Source: Candidatus Heimdallarchaeota archaeon
Lineage (GTDB): Archaea; Asgardarchaeota; Heimdallarchaeia; Heimdallarchaeales; Kariarchaeaceae
Direction: 5' to 3'
Length of the DNA: 32,000 nt
Assembly: GCA_030149205.1 (NCBI GenBank)
Contig: JASBSB010000007.1
Location: 360,001 to 392,000 of the forward strand
The notes under the pieces are model-generated. The model was given only the letters and a program-made list of their open reading frames with translations, was not told the DNA's origin and did no database searches. Within the stretch, counting starts at the first letter, position 1. Every line of letters starts with the position of its first letter. The translations under genes and the position numbers were made by a program. This document shows, piece by piece, positions 17,891 to 27,372 of this stretch.

Positions 17891-17945
17891 TTTCACTAAG
17901 GATTCAACAATCTAGAACCTTTTGTGTGATTAATAAAATAAACAG

Positions 17946-18368
17946 ATGATGAACATTCAAAGAATCTCTCCAGAAGAGACCTTTTCCCTTAGAACAAGGC
18001 TTCTTGATCCAAATAGAACATGGAGAGATGGTGATGAAACAGCCATTCATTATGGTGCATTCATTGATGGAGAGGTTGTCGGGGTGGCAAGTTTTTTTCG
18101 ACAGAATCAAGATGAGGAAATACAAAACGGTCACTGGAGGCTACGTGGGATGGCAGTTGATGAGCTTTTTCAGGGGAAGGATATTGGTAGGGCTCTGGTC
18201 AGCACATTCTTATCCAATCACCAGTATCAAGAGATCTGGTGCAATGCTCGCCGAGGTGTTGAGGGATTCTATGTAAAGCTGGGTTTTCTTCCCACCTATG
18301 AATTTGAGAGAAAAACAGGTGTCTGGGTCACAAGAATGGTTTTGAAATCTGAGGATGGATTCAATTAA
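17946..18368 (+). CDS. GNAT family N-acetyltransferase
   Basis: HYGAFIDGEVVGVASF, WRLRGMAVDELFQGKDIGRALV (acetyl-CoA binding loop) and IWCNAR...FYVKLGF. Confidence 0.9.
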   Translation: MMNIQRISPEETFSLRTRLLDPNRTWRDGDETAIHYGAFIDGEVVGVASFFRQNQDEEIQNGHWRLRGMAVDELFQGKDIGRALVSTFLSNHQYQEIWCNARRGVEGFYVKLGFLPTYEFERKTGVWVTRMVLKSEDGFN

Positions 18369-18690
18369 TGATTAACTTGTTCGATTCAACTTTGAACAAA
18401 TCCTCCGTATTAATAGCAGGTCTGTTCCTAATTTAGGGTGATATGGCATCTACGCCCACGACTCCTCATATGCCGCCCTGAGCAATAATCTTATACTAGG
18501 TAATAGCTACGGGGTCAGACTTTCTTTTTGTCCAAACAGTATTTTGATTAACAACACCTTCATTAAAAATAGCTCATTCGAGATCTTAATAAACACAGCG
18601 AAACTACTGATTGATGCAAGGTTGCTTATCGCTCTTTTGATTCCAACAACTTTTGGCTTAATTTATTTCAGGAAAAAGAGAAATATATAA
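18368..18690 (+). pseudogene. Decayed beta-helix membrane-anchored protein (not in ORF track)
   Basis: ATG 18368 overlaps the GNAT stop and gives a 22-aa hydrophobic leader ending at TAG 18434. The start-less frame 18442-18690 reads YGIYAHDSSYAALSNNLILGNSYGVRLSFCPNSILINNTF...LLIALLIPTTFGLIYFRKKRNI*. Confidence 0.6.
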
Positions 18691-18762
18691 GGCTAAAATA
18701 ATATCCTAGATTAGTGTCTCTCTTAATTTAGAGGTACTTGCGTTGATTTAAACATGGAAAAT

Positions 18763-18790
18763 TTAAATCCAGATCAATTAAATCCAGATC
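18763..18790. repeat. 13-bp direct repeat, 15-bp period, upstream of the permease
   Basis: ttaaatccagatc at 18763-18775 and 18778-18790. Confidence 0.8.
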
Positions 18791-18860
18791 TATTGAGTCA
18801 CTAATTCTTACGCATCTCTGAGAAAAAGTTTATCTTCAGAATAAATCTGTAAAATTTGCC

Positions 18861-20123
18861 GTGTATGAGGTAATTATTCCCTGGGTGCTGCTTATTCTGG
18901 TTAATCTCTCACTTATCATCAGAAGGATTGGTAAACTGGAGGTACCTGCCTGGGCAGCATTTATGTTTGCTGCTATAATTTTGTTGAACACAGAGAACTA
19001 CTCAATAAAACAGGCTGAGGGAGTCATTCTCTCCCAGATCAATGTTTTTTTCTTCCTCTTTGGGATGTTTGTTTTGGTAAATGCACTTGAGCAGAGTGGG
19101 TTGCTGGAATACCTATCTGTAAAACTACTGTCAAGGACGGGAAACCAGAACAGGCTTCTGTTTGCCATAGTCTTTGGGTTTGGGCTCAGTGCATCTCTGC
19201 TGATCAATGATACCATTGCCATCCTGGGACCCATTGTGCTCATTAAATTTGCCGGTTTGACAAATCGCAACAAAAAAGCAGATGTCCTGGCTGTTGCCTA
19301 CGCAGTCTCCTTTGGGTCAGCACTCTTTTTAACGGGTAACCCACAGAACTTTATTCTTGCCAGTGCTGGAGGTGTCAATTTTCTGGAGTTTGCTGTTTAT
19401 GCAGCTTTTCCAACCCTCATTGCCCTCACTTCAGCATATTTTTTTATTCGAAAATTTGTCAATGGGAATCATACCTCCTTTGCTCCAAATAGTATTCAGC
19501 TACCAGAGGTCAAGAATCCAGAGCTTGGTAAATGGGCTCTGATCTCTCTTGGATTGGTGTTCGTTGGTCTGCTCCTCTCTCCTCTTCTTGGGCTTGATAG
19601 TGCCTTTGTAATTCTCTCTGTCAGTGCAGTCTTTTTGTTCTTCAGAAATGAGAGAGATGAGATCTTAGGTGGGATGAACTGGGGGATATTTATTTTCTTT
19701 GCAGGGATGTTCGTGGTCATTGATGCAGTCACACACACCACCGTCTTCAGAACCTCCTTGATCCCTTGGGTGGGTTCGATGAGCTACACCTTTCCATCGT
19801 TTGTTCTCTTTGTATCAATGGTGTTTGTGCTCTCTCAGGTGTTCTCTAATGTTCCAGTTGCGGTATTGTTGGCTGGTATCATGCCTGGGACTGCAATAGA
19901 TCACCCCCTCTTCTGGGTTGGGGCGGCTGTCGTCTCCACCTTTGCAGGTGCCACCACCATCATGGGTGCAGCAAGCAATATTATCGTACTTGAGACAGCA
20001 AGAAAGGAGGGTGTAAAGATATCTTGGTTAGAGTTCAGCAAGTATGGGGTTCCAATGTCAATTCTTGCATTGTTAGGTACTATTCTCTTTGCTGGTATAC
20101 TATTTCTGAGCGGTGCAATATGA
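18861..20123 (+). CDS. ArsB/NhaD (ion transporter superfamily) permease, YbiR-like
   Basis: Many TM segments with motifs LINDTIAI, GSALFLTGNPQN, SQVFSNVP and GATTIMGAASNIIV. Substrate is unknown. Confidence 0.85.
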   Translation: MYEVIIPWVLLILVNLSLIIRRIGKLEVPAWAAFMFAAIILLNTENYSIKQAEGVILSQINVFFFLFGMFVLVNALEQSGLLEYLSVKLLSRTGNQNRLLFAIVFGFGLSASLLINDTIAILGPIVLIKFAGLTNRNKKADVLAVAYAVSFGSALFLTGNPQNFILASAGGVNFLEFAVYAAFPTLIALTSAYFFIRKFVNGNHTSFAPNSIQLPEVKNPELGKWALISLGLVFVGLLLSPLLGLDSAFVILSVSAVFLFFRNERDEILGGMNWGIFIFFAGMFVVIDAVTHTTVFRTSLIPWVGSMSYTFPSFVLFVSMVFVLSQVFSNVPVAVLLAGIMPGTAIDHPLFWVGAAVVSTFAGATTIMGAASNIIVLETARKEGVKISWLEFSKYGVPMSILALLGTILFAGILFLSGAI

Positions 20124-20356
20124 CACCTAAACTCTTGAAAGTGTTAATTTTATAAGAGCGATGAGTAAATCAAATTGATTTCTTTTTTATAATTTTTTAC
20201 ACAACGTTGTTAAGAAACCCCATAGTATTTCACTTGGAGGATAGATTTATTTGAGACAAAAAAACATTTATTCATTTCTATGATATTTTACTATTTATCC
20301 CAAGGAACAGTTGGCTTGAAATAAATTTAGTACGTTTCTCCAATTGATTGATTTCT

Positions 20357-20830
20357 TCAAACCTTCTCATCACAAAGTCTAAGATGATGCTGGAATCTGA
20401 CCACCTGACCAGAATGCTCAATAAAATGAAACACAAAGAATCTGATTACCTCTCGCAAAGGTTTATCCTTCTTGGTATAGGGGTGATAAACCATCTCATC
20501 AAGGGATATATGCTCCTCTCCGTATTTTGTCAGCTCGTCCAATGCGATATCATAGGCTTGAAACAGCTGTTCTGTTGGTTTGAGCTTTGGATCTACCTTT
20601 AGTTCAAGCTTCATTGCATCTATGGTGGGATCACGTGATCCTAGAATGAACCTGTACAGCGAATCTGCACCATGAATGCCGATTGTAAGTGGGGATTGCC
20701 CATCACCAGGAATCACTTTTGTGAGTAGGGTCTCAACATCCTCTCCTTCATTGTTCCGTTTCTCAAATAAATATTCTGCGTATCCTTTTGCCATCTTTAC
20801 CTGTTCTATAAAATCGATCAGGACATTCAC
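20357..20830 (-). CDS. DinB/YfiT-like four-helix protein
   Basis: His triad: IGIH near the N-terminal third and FHFIEHSGQV at the C-terminus. Confidence 0.7.
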   Translation of the reverse strand: MNVLIDFIEQVKMAKGYAEYLFEKRNNEGEDVETLLTKVIPGDGQSPLTIGIHGADSLYRFILGSRDPTIDAMKLELKVDPKLKPTEQLFQAYDIALDELTKYGEEHISLDEMVYHPYTKKDKPLREVIRFFVFHFIEHSGQVVRFQHHLRLCDEKV

Positions 20831-21047
20831 AAACTATCACTTGATTATTACTATAAAAGTTTCATTGATGTGACTGTGACTTTTTCTAATGCATGGTCAT
20901 CTAATTAAAAGTCTGGATATAATCTAATTAGGTGAATGTTGCTAGCCGAAGCACTTTTGCACCAAGTTAGCTTAAAATATGTATATTCGCTGTGAAACTT
21001 GTGTTCTCAGAAGGGTTAATTTATTAATGAATCATTAATTCCACCCT

Positions 21048-23609
21048 ATGTCACCCGAACCCGAGATGCCTTCAATAAACGAGATTTTGACATCTGATAT
21101 AGCCTCACTGTACACTTCTTTAGGTACAGAGGAAAATGGCTTAACTGAGGAGCTAGTTAATGAGAGACAGGCTATATATGGGCCTAACACATTAACAGGG
21201 ACAAAAAAGACACTTGTTCCAATAGCCTTTCTCTCACACTTTAAGAGCCCTGTTGTGATCCTTTTGCTGTTTGCAGCGATTGTTTCTGGATTTCTAGGTG
21301 ATCCAGTTGATGCAACAATAATCATGGTCATCGTATTTATTTCAGCCACATTGGACTTTTATCAGGAATACAACTCAGGAAAAGCAGTGGAGCTATTGAA
21401 GAAGAAGATTTCCACAAAGGTTACTGTTATCAGATCTGGAGTAAGCACGTCCGTTTCTCTAAGTGATTTGGTTCCTGGGGATGTCATTAAACTGACAGCA
21501 GGTGACATGATTCCTGCAGATTGCAGGTTGATCTCTTCCAAGGACCTCTTTATAAATCAATCTGCGATTACTGGTGAGTCTTTCCCGGTGGAAAAGTCAG
21601 CCATGCCATTGAAAGATGGGTCTTTGGCTGCTTCTGATTGGAACAATTTTCTGTTTATGGGTTCATCTGTCGTGTCTGGCACAGCAAGAGCCCTTGTGGT
21701 GAGAACAGGTGGCCAGACTGAGTATGGGCAGATCACACAGAAGCTTAAGCAAAGAGACACCCAAACTGAGTTTGACAGAGGTCTACGTAGATTTTCAATT
21801 CTTATAATTCAGATGACCTTCATATTGGTTGTGTTTGTCTTCTTTGTGAACACTTTAAACAACAAAAATCTGTTTAAGTCACTTCTATTTTCTGTAGCAT
21901 TAGCTGTGGGACTAACTCCAGACCTACTACCAGTTATCATCTCAATTAATCTCTCCAAAGGGGCCTTAACAATGGCAAAGGAGGGTGTCATTGTCAAAAA
22001 ACTGAGTTCCATACAAAATTTTGGAAGTATGGATGTGTTGTGTACTGACAAAACAGGAACATTGACAATGAATCAGGTAAGTCTTGTAAAACACATTGAT
22101 TACAAGGGAGATGAGGATGATTTGGTTCTCCAACTCTCTTATGTCAGCAGCTCTTTTGAAACTGGGTTAAGTAGCCCACTTAATGAGGCTATCTTGAAAC
22201 ATGAAAAACTGGATATAGCAAAATTTACCAAAATTGATGAAATTCCCTTTGACTTCAACAGAAAACGGGTCTCAATAGTCAGTGAATCTCAAGGGATTCG
22301 CAGGTTAACCTGTAAAGGTGCACCAGAAGAGGTATTTTCTGTCTGCAGTATGGTTCAAAAAAACGGGGAGACTGTTGCATTAGAGGGTGAAATTTCTGAA
22401 GAGATTCAACAGTTGTATACTTCTCTTTCATCAGAAGGGTACCGAGTTTTAGCAGTTGCCTACAAACAGGTTGAAAACACCAGAGATAATTATTCCAAGA
22501 CAGATGAACGTGACATGATTTTTCTTGGGTACATTGCATTTATTGACCCACCCAAGCCTACAGCTGGTGAAGCAGTACGAAGTCTGAATTCAATGGGTGT
22601 TAAGGTCAAGATTGTTACTGGGGATAATGAGCTTGTGACAAAGAACATATGTAATCAAATTGGGTTTACAATCACCGGAATTATCACAGGTGCTGACATT
22701 GCAGGAATGAATGATGATTCACTTGCACGTTCAGTCACCCAAGCAAATGTCTTTGTAAGAGTTTCTCCAGCCCAAAAAAGTCGAATTATTCAGGCTCTCA
22801 GAAATAACAATCAGGTGGTGGGTTTCATGGGTGATGGGATTAATGATGCTCCATCAATGAAAATCTCAGATGTAGGAATCAGTGTTGATAATGCTGTTGA
22901 TGTGGCCAAAGAGACCGCAGATATAATCCTAGTAGAGAGCAACCTTAATTTTCTGAGAAAAGGTATAATGGTTGGACGAAAAACCTTTGGAAACACATTG
23001 AAATATATTCTTATGGGTGTCAGCTCAAACTTCGGAAATATGTTCAGTATGGCAGGCGCATCTGTTTTTCTACCCTTCTTTCCAATGTTACCGACTCAGA
23101 TCCTTCTGAACAATCTCCTCTCTGATATCAGTCAAACGTCAATTCCCTCAGATAATGTGGATGAGGAATATGTCCGAAAGCCCAAGAAATGGAATATCTC
23201 TTACATTCGTAACTTTATGCTGGTTTTCGGCCCAATAAGCTCAGTATTTGACTTTGTGACCTTCTATTTTCTATTAAACGTGTTTCATGTCACTCCGAGT
23301 GTGTTTCAGACCTCCTGGTTTTTGGAGTCACTGCTCACTCAGACTCTCATAATCTTCTCTATACGAACTGTGAAGGTACCATTCTTCAAAAGCTACCCCA
23401 GCAGATTATTGATTCTCACAACAACCCTGGTGTTAATATTCGCCTTCGTCCTTCCTTATACACCATTTGCCTTGTTTTTCAATTTTGAGCAACCACCCAC
23501 AAATATCTATTACCTTTTTGTGCTCATCGTTGCAATGTATTTTGTTCTTGTAGAACTTGTTAAGAAATGGTTCTTTACCAAATTCACCTATCTGACCGAA
23601 AAGTCATAA
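21048..23609 (+). CDS. mgtA: Magnesium-translocating P-type ATPase (P3B)
   Basis: TGES, LTPDLLP, DKTGTLT (phosphorylated Asp), KGAPEE, TGDN, GDGINDAP, SSNFGNMFS and QILLNNLLSD. Confidence 0.9.
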   Translation: MSPEPEMPSINEILTSDIASLYTSLGTEENGLTEELVNERQAIYGPNTLTGTKKTLVPIAFLSHFKSPVVILLLFAAIVSGFLGDPVDATIIMVIVFISATLDFYQEYNSGKAVELLKKKISTKVTVIRSGVSTSVSLSDLVPGDVIKLTAGDMIPADCRLISSKDLFINQSAITGESFPVEKSAMPLKDGSLAASDWNNFLFMGSSVVSGTARALVVRTGGQTEYGQITQKLKQRDTQTEFDRGLRRFSILIIQMTFILVVFVFFVNTLNNKNLFKSLLFSVALAVGLTPDLLPVIISINLSKGALTMAKEGVIVKKLSSIQNFGSMDVLCTDKTGTLTMNQVSLVKHIDYKGDEDDLVLQLSYVSSSFETGLSSPLNEAILKHEKLDIAKFTKIDEIPFDFNRKRVSIVSESQGIRRLTCKGAPEEVFSVCSMVQKNGETVALEGEISEEIQQLYTSLSSEGYRVLAVAYKQVENTRDNYSKTDERDMIFLGYIAFIDPPKPTAGEAVRSLNSMGVKVKIVTGDNELVTKNICNQIGFTITGIITGADIAGMNDDSLARSVTQANVFVRVSPAQKSRIIQALRNNNQVVGFMGDGINDAPSMKISDVGISVDNAVDVAKETADIILVESNLNFLRKGIMVGRKTFGNTLKYILMGVSSNFGNMFSMAGASVFLPFFPMLPTQILLNNLLSDISQTSIPSDNVDEEYVRKPKKWNISYIRNFMLVFGPISSVFDFVTFYFLLNVFHVTPSVFQTSWFLESLLTQTLIIFSIRTVKVPFFKSYPSRLLILTTTLVLIFAFVLPYTPFALFFNFEQPPTNIYYLFVLIVAMYFVLVELVKKWFFTKFTYLTEKS

Positions 23610-24165
23610 TTAATTCAAATCCTCTCTGAACAATAGCCTCTATGACAATGTAGTTGATGATTTATATAATTTATTTATGACATCATTAGTTTTATTTCTC
23701 GCAGCTCTAAAAAATGAAACAATCGCACCTCCTAAATTTTTAGCAACATTGAAGGTCCACAGAAGATTGACTTTTTAGCCTTTATTGCTCATTTGGATCA
23801 TTATGGATTGACAAGACCAGGTTACAGAATAGCAATTAGGTTTGTAGAAACGTCTGTAGTAGAGGTGGAGTCACATTCCAATTACGCCATTTTTTACCCA
23901 TTTGTTGATTATTGAAATAATAAAATGTCTTTTGTCTACAAAAATTCTATGCTTTAGTTGCTAGTTTAGGAATTTCACGTCTATTTGGATTGATGTTACC
24001 AGAATTGCATAGATTCATTTTTACAGATAGCGTTGCTAAAAGTAAAACAGGTGAAAGAGAAGTTACATTAATAAATTGGAATTTGTGAATAGTTATAAAA
24101 ATTTTATCACATTTTTTCATGGTAAATATGTTTAGTTTAAAAATATAAATTCTAACGGGAAATTA

Positions 24166-24675
24166 ATGCAAACTAAATTTGAAAGAATATTTTCAGTATA
24201 CCGAATACCAATTATAATAGTTATATCGGGCTTTGTTATTCTATTTGGCATCTATTCAATACTGAATAATTATTTTTTTAATGGAAATTCTGTAAAATCA
24301 ATATTTCTGACATCAATAATTTTTGCATCCATTTTAAACTTAGTATTGATTATTAAAAATTTTTATCTCTTTAATAAAGCAATAAATCTTGCAAAACAAA
24401 ATAGCACTAAAACAATTTTAATTTATGTATTTGCTGATAGATTAATCATATATTTCACATTGTTATTTTACCTTTTAATTGTAAATCCATTTACTCCGTT
24501 ATACTATTTTTCTAATATTATAATAGTCCAAGAACCGTTTTCAGTTTCTTTTATCTTATTATTAGTTATTTTGTTTAGTAGTACATTGGAGATTATAGGT
24601 ACTAAATTTATAAACAAGCGCTGGGGAGATAATATAACCACCTCATTTGTAAATTATAAGATAACAGGTTCTTGA
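24166..24675 (+). CDS. Hypothetical membrane protein (about 4 TM), very AT-rich
   Basis: 169-codon open frame in DNA of about 20-27% GC (sampled), with hydrophobic segments. No recognisable motif. Confidence 0.55.
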   Translation: MQTKFERIFSVYRIPIIIVISGFVILFGIYSILNNYFFNGNSVKSIFLTSIIFASILNLVLIIKNFYLFNKAINLAKQNSTKTILIYVFADRLIIYFTLLFYLLIVNPFTPLYYFSNIIIVQEPFSVSFILLLVILFSSTLEIIGTKFINKRWGDNITTSFVNYKITGS

Positions 24676-24908
24676 GTTTATGGGCTCTTTGTTTTAAACA
24701 AATTGGATAATTCAACACAAAATGGGGTATTATTTATTTTTTGGTAGAATCTAGGCAAAGGTTTGAACCATTTTATTAAGAAAATTTACACTCTAGTAAA
24801 GCAAAAGCTTCTGTTCTACCTAAAGAAAACATTATTTCAATAAATCAAAAATTACCTAATTCACCCTAATTTTTATTAGTTATTCAAAATCTGATCTAAC
24901 CCCCTATC

Positions 24909-25215
24909 TCATGAATTAATATCGATTATATCTGTGGTCTGATAAAGATAAAGATGAAAAATAACGTGAAAAATATTAGCTCACCAAATATGACAAATAT
25001 ATTTTGTTTTTGTGTAGTTGACATTTCTCTGAAGCTCTCTTGAAGTATGTCAAATTTTAATAGGAAATATATTGAAAGTAAAGCGAGGGTTAAAATTAAA
25101 ATATATCATATTGTACCATTGGAGTATAAAGAGTTAAGTGGATTATGAGAACCAAAATTATCAGAGTATAAATCTCCAGATTATTTTCCATTGGACTAGA
25201 TTGATTTATCTCCAT
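24909..25215 (-). pseudogene. Possible frameshifted membrane-protein relic
   Basis: MEINQSSPMENNLEIYTLIILVLIIHL... stops after about 39 codons. Another frame continues for about 65 codons (YILILTLALLSIYF...LIFFTLFFIFYLYQ). AT bias alone favours hydrophobic translations. Confidence 0.25.
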
Positions 25216-25510
25216 GGTAAATAATATTGGGTTAATTAATAAAAATGTTTCTCATCAAAGTACAGGAATCAACACAACCTTGTCCTGAACCTTAAGAACT
25301 CATAATTAAATGTTTGATTCAATGTAAAGAATAAAAAGACTCAAAACTATGTCCAAAAGACAGCAATCAAAGCATCCATAGAAGTGTTAAATGGAGATGT
25401 TGTAAATACAAAACATCAAAAAAATTAAAAGATAGCTCCATATCATCTGAATGTTAAAATTTTAGGAACTCTTAGCTTAACTTTTTAGAGTTCGCAAAAT
25501 CATATTTCTC

Positions 25511-26131
25511 ATGATTGTTTTTGACTTAGAGTACTACGTTCCTAAGGAGGATCGCTTAACAAGGGGTCTGTCAATGGCTCCTGGGAAAGACTCACATTTC
25601 ATAATGGGTGGGACTTTTAGAACCGTGGGACATCGAGGAACAGAATTCGAAGATGCTGGCTTCTGGATATGGGATTACGACACAGAAAAGGCAATGCTCA
25701 TTGCAATCTGGAGGTTTTTGAAGAATTATCAACCGAAAAACAAATTTGACAAACGATTTGTCGGCTTGGGAATCATTCGATCAGATCTGGATGTATTAAA
25801 AATCAAGCTTAACAGATATGGTATTGTTGATTATCCCACTTTTTTTGAATTCCTAAAAAATTATGTTATCTATGATCTCTCCCAAGTGTTAAGCCTGAGG
25901 CTTCCTCATTCACAACCCAAACTTGTCAGTCACCAGAACGCCCTTAAAATTTTAAAAATGCCAATTATTGACAAAACCAAGGGGACTGACGTCTGGGCAT
26001 TTTATGATAAAGAAGACTATCAATCTATTATGAAGTATAATTCCAATGAGGTAGCCGAGATGTATCAGATGTACCTAAAAGTTAGAGAGGAATTAAGAGA
26101 CCTCTACTCTAAGAAAGAATCTTTACCTTGA
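25511..26131 (+). CDS. Stand-alone RNase H-like/PolB-type 3'-5' exonuclease
   Basis: ExoI-like VFDLE, ExoII-like IRSDLDVL and ExoIII-like TDVWAFY...IMKYNSNEV. Confidence 0.6.
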   Translation: MIVFDLEYYVPKEDRLTRGLSMAPGKDSHFIMGGTFRTVGHRGTEFEDAGFWIWDYDTEKAMLIAIWRFLKNYQPKNKFDKRFVGLGIIRSDLDVLKIKLNRYGIVDYPTFFEFLKNYVIYDLSQVLSLRLPHSQPKLVSHQNALKILKMPIIDKTKGTDVWAFYDKEDYQSIMKYNSNEVAEMYQMYLKVREELRDLYSKKESLP

Positions 26132-26172
26132 GAAGGAATAATACACCTCCAAGGGTATGATACCTTTAATAG

Positions 26173-27186
26173 TTGGAAACTCCTATTACTGCTATGGACA
26201 AAAAACTGATGACAGCCATGTATGCGGAACAGTTTGGAGGACCAAGTGTGATGCAGCCACGTAAGATCCCTATTCCTCAGATAGAGGATGAAGAAATCTT
26301 AGTTAGGGTTCTTGGGACATCTGTTAACACAGTTGACATATTCTATCGTAGTGGTATGGCGGTGATGTTTGGTCTAAGTCGCTTAGTAACCGGGATTCGC
26401 TCCCCTAAGAGGAACATATTAGGGTTTGATGTGTGTGGTAAGGTAGTTGATGTTGGAGAAACCGTTTCAAAATTTAAGGAAGGAGATCTTGTCTATGGGG
26501 GTGCAAAAACTGGTGCTAATGCAGAATTCTCTGTTGTCAAAGAAACTAGCGTTGCGTTAAAATCCTCTAAAATGAGTGAGCTTGAGGCAGGGGTGGTACC
26601 GGTTGCAGGGTTATCTGCGCTTCAAGGTCTTAGGTTGGGTAACATTGAACAAAGGAACAAGGTGCTCATTTATGGGGCTTCTGGTGGATTGGGGACGTTT
26701 GCCGTACAGATCGCAAAATCATCTGGTGCGGAAGTCACAGGGGTTGCCAGTGGAAAAAATAAAGAGTTGGTCATAGGGGTTGGTGCAGACAATTTTATTG
26801 ATTACACAGTAGATGATTTTACCAAGCAAAGCGAGAAATATGACCTGATCTTTGATGCGGTGGGTAAATCTCCTCTGAGCAGATGGAAAAACTCCTTGGT
26901 TGATGATGGAGTCTTTGTCAATGCTGGGGCACCTTCAATGGGAATCCTGAGGATGATGCTTAGAGTTGCCTACAACCCCCTTCGTAGTCGGAAAATCATG
27001 ACCTTTGATGCAAAATACACCTCTGAGGATCTTGAGTATATGTCAAAGCTGGCAGATGAGGGGAAAGTCAAATCCGTTATAGAAAAGACTTTTCCTCTTG
27101 AAGAGGTTGCAACCGCTCATCAATATTATGAATTGGGTCATACCATGGGAAAACTGTCAGTCAAGATCAATCAGGGTAAATCTTAG
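26173..27186 (+). CDS. NAD(P)-dependent MDR-family oxidoreductase (zinc-free, quinone-reductase-like)
   Basis: LGFDVCGKV, Rossmann motif IYGASGGLGTFAVQIAK, YDLIFDAVG and FPLEEVATAH. The true start is probably ATG 26194 or 26209. Confidence 0.9.
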   Translation: METPITAMDKKLMTAMYAEQFGGPSVMQPRKIPIPQIEDEEILVRVLGTSVNTVDIFYRSGMAVMFGLSRLVTGIRSPKRNILGFDVCGKVVDVGETVSKFKEGDLVYGGAKTGANAEFSVVKETSVALKSSKMSELEAGVVPVAGLSALQGLRLGNIEQRNKVLIYGASGGLGTFAVQIAKSSGAEVTGVASGKNKELVIGVGADNFIDYTVDDFTKQSEKYDLIFDAVGKSPLSRWKNSLVDDGVFVNAGAPSMGILRMMLRVAYNPLRSRKIMTFDAKYTSEDLEYMSKLADEGKVKSVIEKTFPLEEVATAHQYYELGHTMGKLSVKINQGKS

Positions 27187-27372
27187 CTTAAAGTAATAAT
27201 TTCAGAGAAAAAAAGATTGAATTAAAGAAATTGCATTTTTTTTTGAACTTAAAACTATTTCAATTTCACCCAAATGCCAAAATTTCATAATTTTAAGTAT
27301 CATTGTCTGAAAATACACCCACGTGAAAACCTAGAAAAAGATTAAATTAGTTGTGGCTCATTTAAGGTAGGG

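Noticed and set aside
18434-18436. Pyrrolysine or read-through at the TAG in the relic gene
   Set aside because: Read-through alone gives only GDMASTPTTPHMPP*. The beta-helix text is in another frame, so decay is the simpler explanation.
21048-21074. MSPEPEMPS resembling the Pro-rich MgtL leader peptide
   Set aside because: It is in-frame with the ATPase rather than a separate upstream ORF, and the similarity is only a few residues.
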